This document shows, piece by piece, positions 37,124-48,880 of a stretch of 64,000 nucleotides of DNA (positions are counted from its first letter, which is position 1; each line of letters opens with the position of its first letter). The stretch comes from Guillardia theta CCMP2712. Taxonomy: Eukaryota; Protista; Cryptophyta. Below the pieces are notes generated by a model. It did no database searches. It was not told the DNA's origin and worked only from the letters and a program-made list of their open reading frames with translations. A program made the translations under genes and the position numbers. The stretch lies in assembly GCF_000315625.1 (NCBI RefSeq), contig NW_005434666.1:543877-607876 (forward strand), written 5' to 3'.

Positions 37124-40100
37124 ATGCACAGAGAGCGGGCGCATCTCCTACTGGCCTGCTTGTGTTGTGCGGTCGGGCATGTTCTCTGCAACGAGAGGGG
37201 AGGATCAGCAGGAGGAGGAGCAGGAGAGGAGGAGGAGGTATCACGACACATCGACTGCCGGGTCAGAGAGTTCACATGGAGGCTTGCTGCACTGCCATGG
37301 CTGGCAACCCTGACGGCCCTCGCGTATGAAGGAAGCTCTTGAGAGGGCGCTGCTTTCCTGCCCGAGCTGTTTTCGATGCTCTGAGGCTTCAGGACTGCGG
37401 GATGGCGAGAGGGATGTCAGAGGAGGAAGAAGACGCAACGCTTGCAAGGTGCAGGGCGAACAGGAGCAAGCGATCACGAGAGAAGGAAAGTCAGACGCAG
37501 GCTCGTCACTCCTTCAGGGTTCTTGTTGACCCCGCAGGTAGAGGAACAGGAGGGATCGAGATCGACATCGTCGTCTCCAACATCTTTGACGCTCTCGCCA
37601 TGTCGCGGGCGGTCGGCAGGTTTCCCAGCCATCGCATGCGGTTGACATGGATGAAGCGACAAGCAGAGGGCGGGAGAAGGCGATCATCTTGCGGGGAGGG
37701 ATGCATCGCCTGCACAAGACGCTCGAGCTCGGTCCTCAAGACTCCTTGACAACCTTCTTGAGCTTCCCCGGGGAAACAGCGACGATCAGGTTGGAGTGCG
37801 CGGGGCGTTGAGTAGGGATGATATGAGCATCAACAGCGGAGGAGTAGAGCTGAGGGTGAAGTGGAAGAGATGGCGATGCCATGGGCATGCGATGGAGGCA
37901 GCAAGGAAGGGAAGCCTCTCTTGCTGGAAGGTACTCCTAGCTCCTCTTGTTCCTCTTGCTCCTCTTGCTCCTCCTGCTCCTCTTGCCGAGTTCACGTACC
38001 CGTGACTGAGTCCATCAAGTCGCGTGTCGTCGATCAGTTCCCGGTGAAGGACTTTGAGTTCAATCAGCTCTTCATCAAGGAAAGAAGAGCTATCCGCTCG
38101 CGTCACCCCAATGCGGTCAGATTCTCGCCTCCTCCCCTCGCTCCATCCTTGCAGACTGTTCCTCCCAGTGTTTCCCACTGTCCTCACAATCTTTCCAGTC
38201 ACCTTGTTTTTGTCATCCACATGTCCCTCCTCCTATATCTCCTGCTCCTCGTATATCTCCTCCTGCTCCTCCTGCTCCTTTTGCTCCTTCTGCTCTTCCT
38301 GCTCTTGCTGCCCCTCCTGCTCCACCTCACTCATCCCTCCTCCATCTCCACCACCATCTCCTCCTCCTCCTCCACCTCCACCTGGTCTGCATCGAAGCTT
38401 TGACATCTTGCAGGACCCAGAGCGTCAAGGGCTACACACTTCTCTTTCCGGGTGAGAATCACTCGTGCCCGCATCAAGATGGTGACGAGACTGTCTGTCA
38501 GTTATCTTCCGTCCACGAGGAGCCAGTGGGGCCCTGAGATTGTTTCCTCCTCCGACGCTGTCGAAGTCATCACGAGTATGACACGCTAGCGCTGCTTGCA
38601 TGCCTGACCCGCACGCTCAGGAGGCATCAGGGTCGGCTCCCTCTTCCCCGACTACAGGTACCATGGAGAGGTTGCATCCATCGCAATCTCACTGGTGGGG
38701 AGCAGCATGGGATACGGCGGTCCTGCAGACGTTTTCTCGCCTCCTCGCTCCTATTGGGCTACCAAGAAACCTGCAGGAGGAGGAGGAGCAACGTTTGCGA
38801 GGGTTTCAGGGATCCGTTTCAACACTTCGACCTTTCCTTCCTGCTCGTGGGAGGAAAGTTTCGACCCGCAGCGCGATCCTCCGATCCTGCATGCCTTCCA
38901 CGCTGAGCACTGGGGAAACTGGCAATTCAGGCTCAACCAGAGCTCTCGACCTGAGCATGGCGAGCTGACATGGCACGAGGGAGGCTTCCAGGAGGCGCGC
39001 GGGAGTGCAGGAAACGGAGCATCGGAGTGGTACGTGGAGAACGTCTGGGAGCTGACGGACTCTCCTTTGGAATGGTACTGGGACAAGTCCGGAAGGACGC
39101 TCTTCTTCGTGCAGAACGGGACATCCGAGCCTCCTTCGGAGGGGATCGTGGCAGCCGGACTTGCGCAGGTGATCTCGGTGGTGGGAGCGCCGGGTCGCCC
39201 CGTCAAGTCAGTCAGGTTCCAAGGGATCCGCTTCGCACACACTTGCTCGACGTTCCTGCAGCCCTACGAGGCCCCCAACGGAGGAGACTGGTCCCTGCAT
39301 CCCCGGGGTATGCTCACGATCAGCCATGCTGAGCGTGTCGAGGTGCTGGACTGCCACTTCCTCCGAGCAGGAGGCAACGGGCTCGTCCTCCGTAACCTCA
39401 CCAGGAACGTGCGGATAACCGGCAACCACTTCTCGTGGACGGGAGACAGCGCGATCGTGCTGGCAGGGTTCGTGGAAGATTGTGAGGACCGGGAGGAGAC
39501 AGTCCCTCTCGACACCCTCATCTCGCACAACTTCGCGCATGAGCTCGGCATCTGGGGGAAGCAAACAGGGTTCGTCTACCAGGCGCTCGCCGCGCGGACC
39601 AAGATCACTCACAATGTGGCTTTCAACGGGCCTCGTGCTGGAATCTGCTTCACTGATGGTTACGGGGGTGGGCACGAGGTCAGACGAAACGTCCTTTTCA
39701 ACTTTGTACGCGAGACCAGCGACCATGGCTTGTTCAACAGGTCCCTCCTTCCTCACTCTGCCCTTCCTCTCCTACGCCTCTTCCCTTCCTTCCCTTCCCT
39801 TCCCTTCCCTTCCCTTCCCTTCCCTTCCCTTCCCTTCCCTTCCCTTCCCTTCCCTGCCCTTCCCTTCCCTGCCCTTTCTCTTTTCTTCTCTTCTCCCCTT
39901 CTTGCTCCTTCCTCTTCCCTTCTTTCTCGATTCTCTTCTCTCTCTCTCGTCTTCTCTCTCACTTGCATGTGTTCATTCTCTCCCCCGCTCTCCGTTCACC
40001 TCGTTCGCAGCTGGGACCGACAGCCCTACATCACGAGGATCAGGGATGGCAGGACCTGGTCCCCCATCCCCAAGACGTCTACCATCAGCAAGAATCTCTT

Positions 40101-40569
40101 CCTCAACGGCTACAGGAGCGTCTGGCCCATCGACCATGACGACGGCTCGGGATTCTACCATGATCACCGCAACGTTCTTGTCTACGGAGGCTTCAAGAGC
40201 TTCTTGGGGAGCAACAAGACGGTAGAAAACAACCTCTACCTCTTCCCCGACGCCTTCGCCCGACAGTTTGGCTCTATCTTCTGTGCTTCTGTCTGGCAGC
40301 CCGACCTGGGCCCCGAGGTCTGGCGAAGGAACACGTGCGTCAAGCTCTCCAACGAGAGTGCGCTTGGGGGGTGGTGCGGGGATGCCGGAGCTATCCTCTC
40401 CTACGGAAACAGATACTTCATGCCGCATGCTGTATGGAGGGCAGACTGTGGATCGTCCACGAAGAGTATGGAGGAGCTCCAGGCACGCGGGCTAGAACGA
40501 GGCTCCTCGGTCCTCAACTTCTCATCGGCCGATTTCGCGTTCAAGTTGGCTGAAATCATTCTTAGATAA
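37124..40569 (+). CDS. Secreted right-handed parallel beta-helix protein (GH141-like glycoside hydrolase)
   Basis: Signal peptide; HWGNWQF, GGFQEARG, WYVENVWELTDSPLEWYWD, FNGPRAGICFTDGYGGG, FNFVRETSDHG.FN|SWDRQPY, IDHDDGSG. Confidence 0.75.
39781..39872 (+). repeat. (CCCTT)n microsatellite in intron 39741-40010
   Basis: Visible pentamer array; splicing the intron restores the FNSWDRQPY motif. Confidence 0.85.
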
Positions 40570-40651
40570 CAGGAAATTCTCGTCATAAGCGATGTCAAAC
40601 AAGCAAGAGAAAACGCTCATGATGAGGAAGGTACAGCAAGAGGAAGCAGCT

Positions 40652-41357
<706 letters not shown>

Positions 41358-41492
41358 GGCCCTCTCCCCCCCTCTCCACATGCCTGATCCTCCTCGCGCA
41401 GCCCCTACCGCCCCCGATATTCCCCGACCATGTCGGACCTTTACAAGTCGACTAGTTTTTTTACTCAAAAATGGGGACGGGGAGACTCGTAA

Positions 41493-41548
41493 CGGATGAT
41501 AACGGATAAGATCGGAGCCTCGGATGATAACGGATAAGATCGGAGCCT
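41493..41548 (+). repeat. Perfect 28-bp tandem duplication CGGATGATAACGGATAAGATCGGAGCCT x2
   Basis: Directly visible, in the divergent promoter between DUF2256 and ParA-ParA. Confidence 0.95.
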
Positions 41549-41597
41549 CTTTCCTGCTCGGAATCCTGCACAGGAAGTGCGGGAGGGGGTGAAGAGG

Positions 41598-41800
41598 AGG
41601 AGGACAAGGAGGACAAGGAGGACAAGGAGGACAAGGAGGACAAGGAGGACAAGGAGGACAAGGAGGACAAGGAGGACAAGGAGGACAAGGAGGACAAGGA
41701 GGACAAGGAGGACTAGGAGGACAAGAGGGAGGACAAGGAGGACAAGGAGGACAAGCAGGACAAGCAGGACAAGGAGGACAAGAGGGAGGACAAGGAGGAC
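41598..41800 (+). repeat. (GGAGGACAA)n 9-mer array immediately 5' of the ParA-ParA ATG
   Basis: Directly visible. Confidence 0.95.
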
Positions 41801-41814
41801 GGACTGGAGGCCTA

Positions 41815-44751
41815 ATGGCTCAAGAAGAATCCTCTCTTCCAGAATCCCTCGAGTCCTTTGCCATGCCCATCAGGAGGAGCACGAGAGTCTCCAAGAAGAG
41901 GTTGATGAGCATGGTCAAGAAGGAGGCTGCGGGGAAAGAAGCTATAGTTATCGCTCCCTTCATGCACAAAGGAGGCGTGTACAAGTCGTCGACGACGATC
42001 AATGCGGCTGCTGCGCTGGCTAGGAGTGGGAAGAAGGTTGCAATCATCGACGCTGATGGCCAGTGCAACGTGACATCCTTCTTTTATCCTGCCCCGGATT
42101 CTTTCGAGTCGGAGATGAACATGCTGAATGAAGGAGACAAGAAGAAGGCACAAGACGAGCGAAAGAAATCATCAAGGAGGAAGAAGCACGCGGATGCCTC
42201 GACCGGAGTCATTCTGGGCCTATCAGACAGAAGCTGTACATTGCCCAGCATTGATTCGATTCATCCCTTGACTCCCTGTTGTTTCGAGTTGGATACTTGG
42301 TTGCAAATCTCAGAGGATGACGAATCGTCGACCTCGGAGAAGTTTGACACAATATATGATGCTCTTTACCCAGCATTTGATCAAACAACCATGACTTGCC
42401 CAAAACTTCTTCCCATCGAGGATTACGACAACAATCTCTTCCTCTTGCCTGGCAGCACGGAGATCCATAAACTTGAGGCCATGATATCAAGCCAAATGTT
42501 ACGTGAATACGGTCCGATGTTTCTTGCTTTCAGGCATTTGTACAATCTGATCGCCAAACGGTACGATCTTGATTTCATATTTGTAGATCTGGGGCCCAAT
42601 CATCACGAGCTGAATATGGGCATTGTTCTCAGTTGTGACTACATTCTCCCACCTATTCATGCTGATTTTTATTCTGCAAGCTCAGTTCACAGGATGCTAC
42701 ATGTCCTACTTCCTTTCTGGAATGATTGGAGGGAAAGATTTGTTGCTGAATGCGATAGGAAAGCTTTCGAAGTGCCCTCAAATGTACCTTTCGCCTTTCG
42801 TAGACTTCCACGGATACTTCCTTTCTTGGTTCAAGGATACAAAATACCACATTTCCAACGGAGGCAGGTGAACAAGCTCTTTTCAAACTTCATCGTGTCT
42901 ATCTCTCTGATAGTACAAGACCACGAAATTCCCGAAGTAGTCAAAAAGATGTTCGTGGAGGATACCAAGACCATGGTCGTGCCGTTCTGTCCTGCACTTC
43001 CAGTGGCAACGAGGGTGAGTCATGAGGTTGGAATGCCTCTGGTACACATCGACCACTTCAACCTCAGCAATTTTTACGGACCGAGCGACAAGAGGACGAA
43101 GTTGCAATTCGACAAGATCAGGCCGGAGGCAGCCCTGGCTGAGAAGCGTTACGGGAGCTTGAAGATAAACCCAAAGACAAGGAAGAATTTGAGTCGATAT
43201 TTGTCGAGCCTTCGGGGGATTGATGTTCCTGAGGAGAGTGCACAGGAGCCTCAGGCAGATGATGTGGATGAAGGTGATTGGATGGTAAACAACGAAGATG
43301 AGGAGGATCAGGAAGAGCCGGAGGACGCGTGGAGCACATTGCGAGACTCTTGTCTCAAGGTTGCAGAGTGTCCTTCCGAGATGCATGGCAAGGAGGGGAA
43401 ATGCACGTCGATCGCAGTCTTCAATTACAAAGGAGGAGTTGGAAAGACCTCAGTCGTCATCTCCCTGGCGGCTACGCTCGCCAAGTTGGGCAAGAGGGTT
43501 TGTATCATCGATGGAGATGGGCAGTGCAATGCCACCTCCTTCTTCCATCCCGATCTCTCGCAGTTCGAGACTGAATTTCCTCGAGAGAAGTTCGGAAGGA
43601 GCGCCAAGCTGTTGTCGGATGATGTGGGCCATGGCCTGAAGGCGCTCAACCCCAAAGTGTTTGATTTCAAGAATTGGCTGGATGCGAACAGTCTTGATTC
43701 CAACAGAGACATCCACGACGCCATGCGCCCGGTCCTGGAAGGTAAATTAGAAGACATACGGTGCCCACAGCTCTTGTCAGTTTGCTCCTCGATGGGAGCA
43801 GAAATCTACGGTGGGAGATTGATGATCCTTCCTGGGAGCTCCAAGCTTTCCAGCGTGAAATTAAGCGGCACGCAACCACAAAGAGACATTCGAAACTATG
43901 GTGTGCTGCGAAAGATCTTTGACATGATGGCGGAGAAGTACAAACTGGACTTCATCTTCGTTGATCTTGGGCCAAGTGTGGGAGAAATCAACAAGGCGTT
44001 CGTGATGTCCTGTGATTTCATCCTTCCTCCTGCACATCCTGACTTCTTCTCCGCAAGTTCTGTGAGAGGGCTTTTACGCAAGATTTTGCCGGACTGGCTT
44101 GAATGGAGAGGCGAGCACAGAGAGAAATGGAAAAAGATCGATCAGAAGGCTCTCAACTCCATGAAGGATTTTCAGTTCTATGACTTCTCTGAGATCCCAC
44201 GAATCTTGCCTTTCCTGGTGCATGGATATGAGTTGGACAGCAACACAGAGAACGAGATGGAGCTATCGCATGCCAACTTTCTCAAGTGCATCGAGTATCT
44301 CGTTGAAGACAAAGAAGTTCCGTCGGAAGTCAAGAACCTGTATGTACGGGATAAGGATGACCTCATGGTGGTACCTTTCTGCTGCGCGCTGCATTTCTTG
44401 CCGAGCATCAGCCACAAAACGGGAATCCCCTTTGTGCACCTCACCGGACATCCTCTTGTCGAGGAAAGCTTCAAACAAGCCAAGACAAGGAGAAGGAAGG
44501 AGAAGAACGCTCTGACAGAGGCCACGATGGTCTCGGAGAGGTTCGAGAACCTGGCGAAGTTTATCATAGCGGTCGCTAGCGGCGCGAGTGGCAATGCAGA
44601 AGAGTCAGAAAGTGGGCTGCGGGTGGATGCCAGGGAGACGAGGAGGAATGGAGGTGGAAGGGAAGGATCATCACGGAGACGTGCAACTCGCGACAAGCAT
44701 GAGGATCATCGAACAGAAGACGCGAGATCGAAGAGAAGCCGCAAGCGCTGA
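41815..44751 (+). CDS. Intronless tandem ParA/Soj-family (AAA_31-like) ATPase, two fused domains
   Basis: Deviant Walker A HKGGVYKSS and YKGGVGKTS; IIDADGQCN / IIDGDGQCN; Walker B DFIFVDLGP twice; SCD(Y/F)ILPP twice; acidic linker; basic termini. Confidence 0.9.
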   Translation: MAQEESSLPESLESFAMPIRRSTRVSKKRLMSMVKKEAAGKEAIVIAPFMHKGGVYKSSTTINAAAALARSGKKVAIIDADGQCNVTSFFYPAPDSFESEMNMLNEGDKKKAQDERKKSSRRKKHADASTGVILGLSDRSCTLPSIDSIHPLTPCCFELDTWLQISEDDESSTSEKFDTIYDALYPAFDQTTMTCPKLLPIEDYDNNLFLLPGSTEIHKLEAMISSQMLREYGPMFLAFRHLYNLIAKRYDLDFIFVDLGPNHHELNMGIVLSCDYILPPIHADFYSASSVHRMLHVLLPFWNDWRERFVAECDRKAFEVPSNVPFAFRRLPRILPFLVQGYKIPHFQRRQVNKLFSNFIVSISLIVQDHEIPEVVKKMFVEDTKTMVVPFCPALPVATRVSHEVGMPLVHIDHFNLSNFYGPSDKRTKLQFDKIRPEAALAEKRYGSLKINPKTRKNLSRYLSSLRGIDVPEESAQEPQADDVDEGDWMVNNEDEEDQEEPEDAWSTLRDSCLKVAECPSEMHGKEGKCTSIAVFNYKGGVGKTSVVISLAATLAKLGKRVCIIDGDGQCNATSFFHPDLSQFETEFPREKFGRSAKLLSDDVGHGLKALNPKVFDFKNWLDANSLDSNRDIHDAMRPVLEGKLEDIRCPQLLSVCSSMGAEIYGGRLMILPGSSKLSSVKLSGTQPQRDIRNYGVLRKIFDMMAEKYKLDFIFVDLGPSVGEINKAFVMSCDFILPPAHPDFFSASSVRGLLRKILPDWLEWRGEHREKWKKIDQKALNSMKDFQFYDFSEIPRILPFLVHGYELDSNTENEMELSHANFLKCIEYLVEDKEVPSEVKNLYVRDKDDLMVVPFCCALHFLPSISHKTGIPFVHLTGHPLVEESFKQAKTRRRKEKNALTEATMVSERFENLAKFIIAVASGASGNAEESESGLRVDARETRRNGGGREGSSRRRATRDKHEDHRTEDARSKRSRKR

Positions 44752-45217
44752 GACGTTGAATGCTCGGAAGTTGAGGCACCGAAAGCTGATCTGAAAAACA
44801 AAATGTAGGTTTAAGTTTAATGCTAAATAACTAGAATTTCCACTTTAAGAAGAGTGATACCAAATAAATCAACTGAACACCTTGAAACTCCGATCACCTA
44901 CTCCATCTCACACTGAAGTACTACTATGTCATAATCAGATATCCAGAGAGGGCAGAGTTCAGCTCAATACTCTCTTTATTGACTGAAAAAGAAGGACAAA
45001 CCGGAGCAAACAAAGGAGGGGGAGGATAATGCACTACTGGGATACGAGTTCCTTGCCTGTTTGTGTTTGTGGTCGTTACAGACCGTTGCGCGATCCTCCA
45101 TACAGAAGAGGAAGCGAAGCGGGGAGGCGAAGTGAAGGGCAAGGAGAGTGTTCAGAGGAGACGAGACCGTCGACAAGTAGCAGCAGAGGAGGGTCAAACG
45201 CCACCAACCTGGTGAGC

Positions 45218-46105
45218 ATGCGTGTTGTGCAGCTAAACGTGAAGCGCTTTTATGGAAAGGAGAACTCGTCGACCGTGTTTGCCATCGCGGCAGCGCTTGC
45301 AGCACTGGATCCACGTCCTAACTTCGTGTGCCTCAATGAGGTGGATGTTAAGCTTCAGCCTGGTGGACTTGAAAAGATTGCAAGCTCGCTGGGACCAAAG
45401 TTCACGATCGCTTTCTTTGGTCACGTCAGAGATCGCTATGGCAACGCGATAATATCGAATTTGCCGGTGCTGAGCACAAAAACCTTCCAGCATCACATTC
45501 GAGGAGGAAGTACAATCAAACTCGAACCAGGTACAAAGAAATTCAACGGCGAAATCGCCAAGGAAGGTGACGTGCATAGGATAGCAAGGGGAATGCTGGT
45601 GGTCGAAACTTCGTTACCGACATCAGCGCTTCAGGCAGGGCAAAACCAGGAGAACCTCGGGACATCACTCCGAATAGCATGCACGCATCTTGATCACATC
45701 AGCAGTGAGCAGCGAAAGGTTCAGATGGAGCACATATGCGAGCTGCTGCCCCCGAGGCCTGATTGCACCGACCTACTCGTTGGGGACTTCAATGCCCTGA
45801 TGCGGGAGGATTACACAGACGAGCACTGGGAGAATCTCAGGAGCCTGCATGCAAGTCGAGGATGGGGGGGACCTTATTCCGGAGACCTTGCCATTGTTCA
45901 GGAGCATGGCTTCGTTGATTGCCTTGAAAGCGCTAAACCTCTGTCTCCACTACACTTGACTGCGCACGTCGGGGATCCTGCATATCGCCTTGATTACTGC
46001 TTCCTCCGAGGACGCCACATGAGGCCTGTGGGGAGCTTTGTGGATCGAACGATCGACTTCAGCGATCACTATCCTGTGATCACAGACTTTGACCTTGTGC
46101 AATGA
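45218..46105 (+). CDS. Endonuclease/exonuclease/phosphatase (EEP, DNase I-like) family protein, intronless
   Basis: MRVVQLNV, CLNEVD, YGNAIIS, THLDH, GDFNA, RLDY, SDHYPV. Confidence 0.9.
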   Translation: MRVVQLNVKRFYGKENSSTVFAIAAALAALDPRPNFVCLNEVDVKLQPGGLEKIASSLGPKFTIAFFGHVRDRYGNAIISNLPVLSTKTFQHHIRGGSTIKLEPGTKKFNGEIAKEGDVHRIARGMLVVETSLPTSALQAGQNQENLGTSLRIACTHLDHISSEQRKVQMEHICELLPPRPDCTDLLVGDFNALMREDYTDEHWENLRSLHASRGWGGPYSGDLAIVQEHGFVDCLESAKPLSPLHLTAHVGDPAYRLDYCFLRGRHMRPVGSFVDRTIDFSDHYPVITDFDLVQ

Positions 46106-46869
46106 AATATTGAAACATTTGGTCGTGGTTTGACACACACTGGCGTCTTTGACATATGTACAGTAGATGCTAATGAATTTAGAAACCCATTATCATCCTT
46201 CGCTGAGTAAGGAAAGAGATATAGATTTTAGATACGAGTTTGCTGTTAGCAGATACAACGTGTACGAGACTTTCTCGCATTTACCATTTGCTCTGAGCCA
46301 TCAGCTGCAACTTCAATTGTTAGGAGGAAACGGGATCGACACACAGCGTGCTGTGTTTCTTGGGCATAGAGAGCGCTTGAATGAAGAAAATTGTAGACTT
46401 TTCAGCACATCACTTGCAGAAGAATGATGAACTGCTAGAAATTGCAATACAGTACCCAGTTTCATCTTCATCAGTCTACTTCGATGGAGTTGTGGCAGCA
46501 TTCGATAGTAAGATGCGATTCTTCCCTTTCCTTTGTTTGCCGGATTGCATGTGTGACTAAATAATTTCTGTGAGAAATCAGTGTAAAACTCTGGAATGAT
46601 TTTAACTCCTATCTTGCTCCAGAAAGGTCGTCGATCTATCTTCTTTTCGCATGAATCCTCCTCCTTGGGAATACACAATCGTGACCATCCTCATCCTCGA
46701 ACCATTCTCGCTCCCTGTCCTCTCTATCGTCCTCTCTATCGTCCTCTTTATCGTCCTCTTTATCGTTCTCGTCCATGCTTACGAATCCCCTTGCTAGGTC
46801 CTGCGTTCGAAAAAGATCTGATCTCTATCTAGCCAGCTAGTAGGTCTCCGTTCGGCCTCCGATTTATGA

Positions 46870-47110
46870 GAAAGGGTGGGGTAGAAATGGAGGGAAAGTT
46901 GGGGTAGGGTGAACTGAATACCTTTGGGCGAGTTGGGGTGTGTGTAGAGGTCATACGTATCAGTACTTGTAGGGTGGGTGGTGTTCAATCGTGTCAAGGT
47001 GCCTTGGAATCCAGGGGTTGTTTGAGCTCCATTAGGGGGTGGTCAAAATACCGGGGGGCGTAATGGGGGTGCAGTACACCGAAGAGGGCTCTCAACGGGT
47101 GGGGTAGTGC
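46870..47110. promoter_or_regulatory. G-tract/GGGGTA-rich region upstream of the VOC gene
   Basis: gggtggggtag, ggggtagggtg, gggggtgg and ggtggggtagt directly 5' of the ATG at 47121. Confidence 0.5.
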
Positions 47111-47120
47111 AACAGGCGCA

Positions 47121-48012
47121 ATGGAGAAGTTACGGCGGATGCTTCGGCCAGCAGGTTGTGAATCATGGAAGAGAAGGAGCGAATACTGAATGAAAGGAAA
47201 GATAGAGAGAGAAGAGAGGAAAGAGAGGAAAGAGGAGAGCGAGAGGAATAAAGATGCCATAGAGACGAGAGATATCGGGTTACAAAAGGTTCGCTCCGCT
47301 CCGAGTTTGTGCTGCCTCTCTCTCTGTTTCCTTTGCCACTTTCTTTCTCTGCCTGACGTTGCTGTTTAGTTGGTCACATTAGAACTTTCTCGGCATTAGG
47401 AGGGAGGCAGTCTTTCCCTCCTCTTCATCGCAGCATGTCAACTGGGAACAGACCATTTCGAGTGCTCGGAGTGCAGCAAATTGCTGTTGGCGCCGAAACG
47501 AAGGACGACATGACAAAAATCTGGCAGGTGATCATTATCGAGTCCATATCTTGCAACATCTTTTGACGCATTGGAAAGGGCATGTTTGGGTTGAAGAAAC
47601 ACGGAGATTTCAAGTCCGAGAAGGAAAACGTCAATGAAGATATTTTGAAGATCGGGAAGGGGGTTCTTGGCACCGTGGAGATCGATATCATGGCTCCTCT
47701 TGATATCAACAAGAGTCCCAAAGTGCATGTCCCGAACCTCAATCACATCGGGCTCTGGGTTGATGACATTGATTCCTGCTTCAACTACCTCAAGACGCAA
47801 GGAGTTCGATTTGCTGGAGGCATACGGGTTGGCGCTGCTGGACACAAAGTTTGCTTTATCCATCCCAAGGTACGATCTTCCTTCATAAAGGTTCTATCTG
47901 AACAATTCTGAAGGGGAACACGGAAAGTCCTATTGGGGGAGCCGGGGTTTTGATCGAGCTTGTACAGGCCCCTCCTGAAGTCATCAAGGCGTACGATGAT
48001 ATCAAAGAGTAG
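47121..48012 (+). CDS. VOC/glyoxalase-family protein, methylmalonyl-CoA epimerase-like, with mitochondrial-type presequence
   Basis: [48 protein letters not shown]|G...[10 protein letters not shown]; Arg-rich leader ending HRSMST. Confidence 0.8.
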
Positions 48013-48369
48013 CCTAGCTAGTAGCCAGGCAGCTGCCATAAGATATTTGTGTTGAATTCGGCACCTCTTCAATCAATGAATCTTCGAGGCCGAACTTGGT
48101 ATCCAATCAATCTGGTAATGGGCTGTCGCATCAGTATCATCATGGCTCAAGTTGATCATTCAATGCCAGCCTCGCGGCTGATTTTCACTGATTTGAATTG
48201 TCAGTGTGAAAGTTGACAACAGAAGACCGTGCTAACGGCAGGATGAGGGTTGGTTCTCGCTGTCTTTTCTCTTCTCGCCGTATGGCCTGTGCGACCGTCG
48301 GACAGTGTCAGGGTCAACTGATTTTTAACTTAACTTTGAGTAAAACAGCCCGTCACGACCTATGATTGT

Positions 48370-48880
48370 GGTTACCCGGGGCGTCGGCCCAGGCCCGTAG
48401 TGCCGGGCACGGCCCGGCCGAGCGGCGGCGGCCCCGAGCCGCGCCCGGGGGCTTAACTTCAGTGAGTGAAAGCCGCCACGGCTCAACGGAGGCGAAATCT
48501 GACCGTTCCAACCGTACCCGGGTTTGGAAGGCGCCGGTACCGTACCGTACTACGGTACGCCGGGTCCCGGCGGGGAACAGAACTTCGGAACTTGTGACGG
48601 AACCCGGAAATATCTACTTGAATTGAATCATACCGTACTACCGTACTTATTCCATTCTTCCGATTTACTATCCGATAATAAGTCACCGGGGTACTGTGCC
48701 GTGACTGCAGTGGGCCAGCCATGGTTGCTGCTGAGGGCCGTGACTGCCCAACGGCTAGCACCGTACGAGTTGTTGACATGCCAGTTTGAAGAGATTGGGT
48801 TAGGCCAGTTACAACAGGTCAGGTCGCAACCTTTCATAAAATGGGGGCGGGGGGGCCCGGCCCGCTGACCGGGGCCAAAA
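48370..48880. other. GC-rich CCGG / CCGTAC(GGTA) intergenic island
   Basis: cggcccggccgagcggcggcggcccc, ccggtaccgtaccgtactacggtacg and ggggcccggcccg. Confidence 0.6.

Noticed and set aside
41815-44751. Tandem ArsA/Get3 or plastid MinD
   Set aside because: It lacks the ArsA STDPAH and DTAPTG motifs and has no targeting leader. DxDGQCN and VDLGP are ParA/Soj-type.
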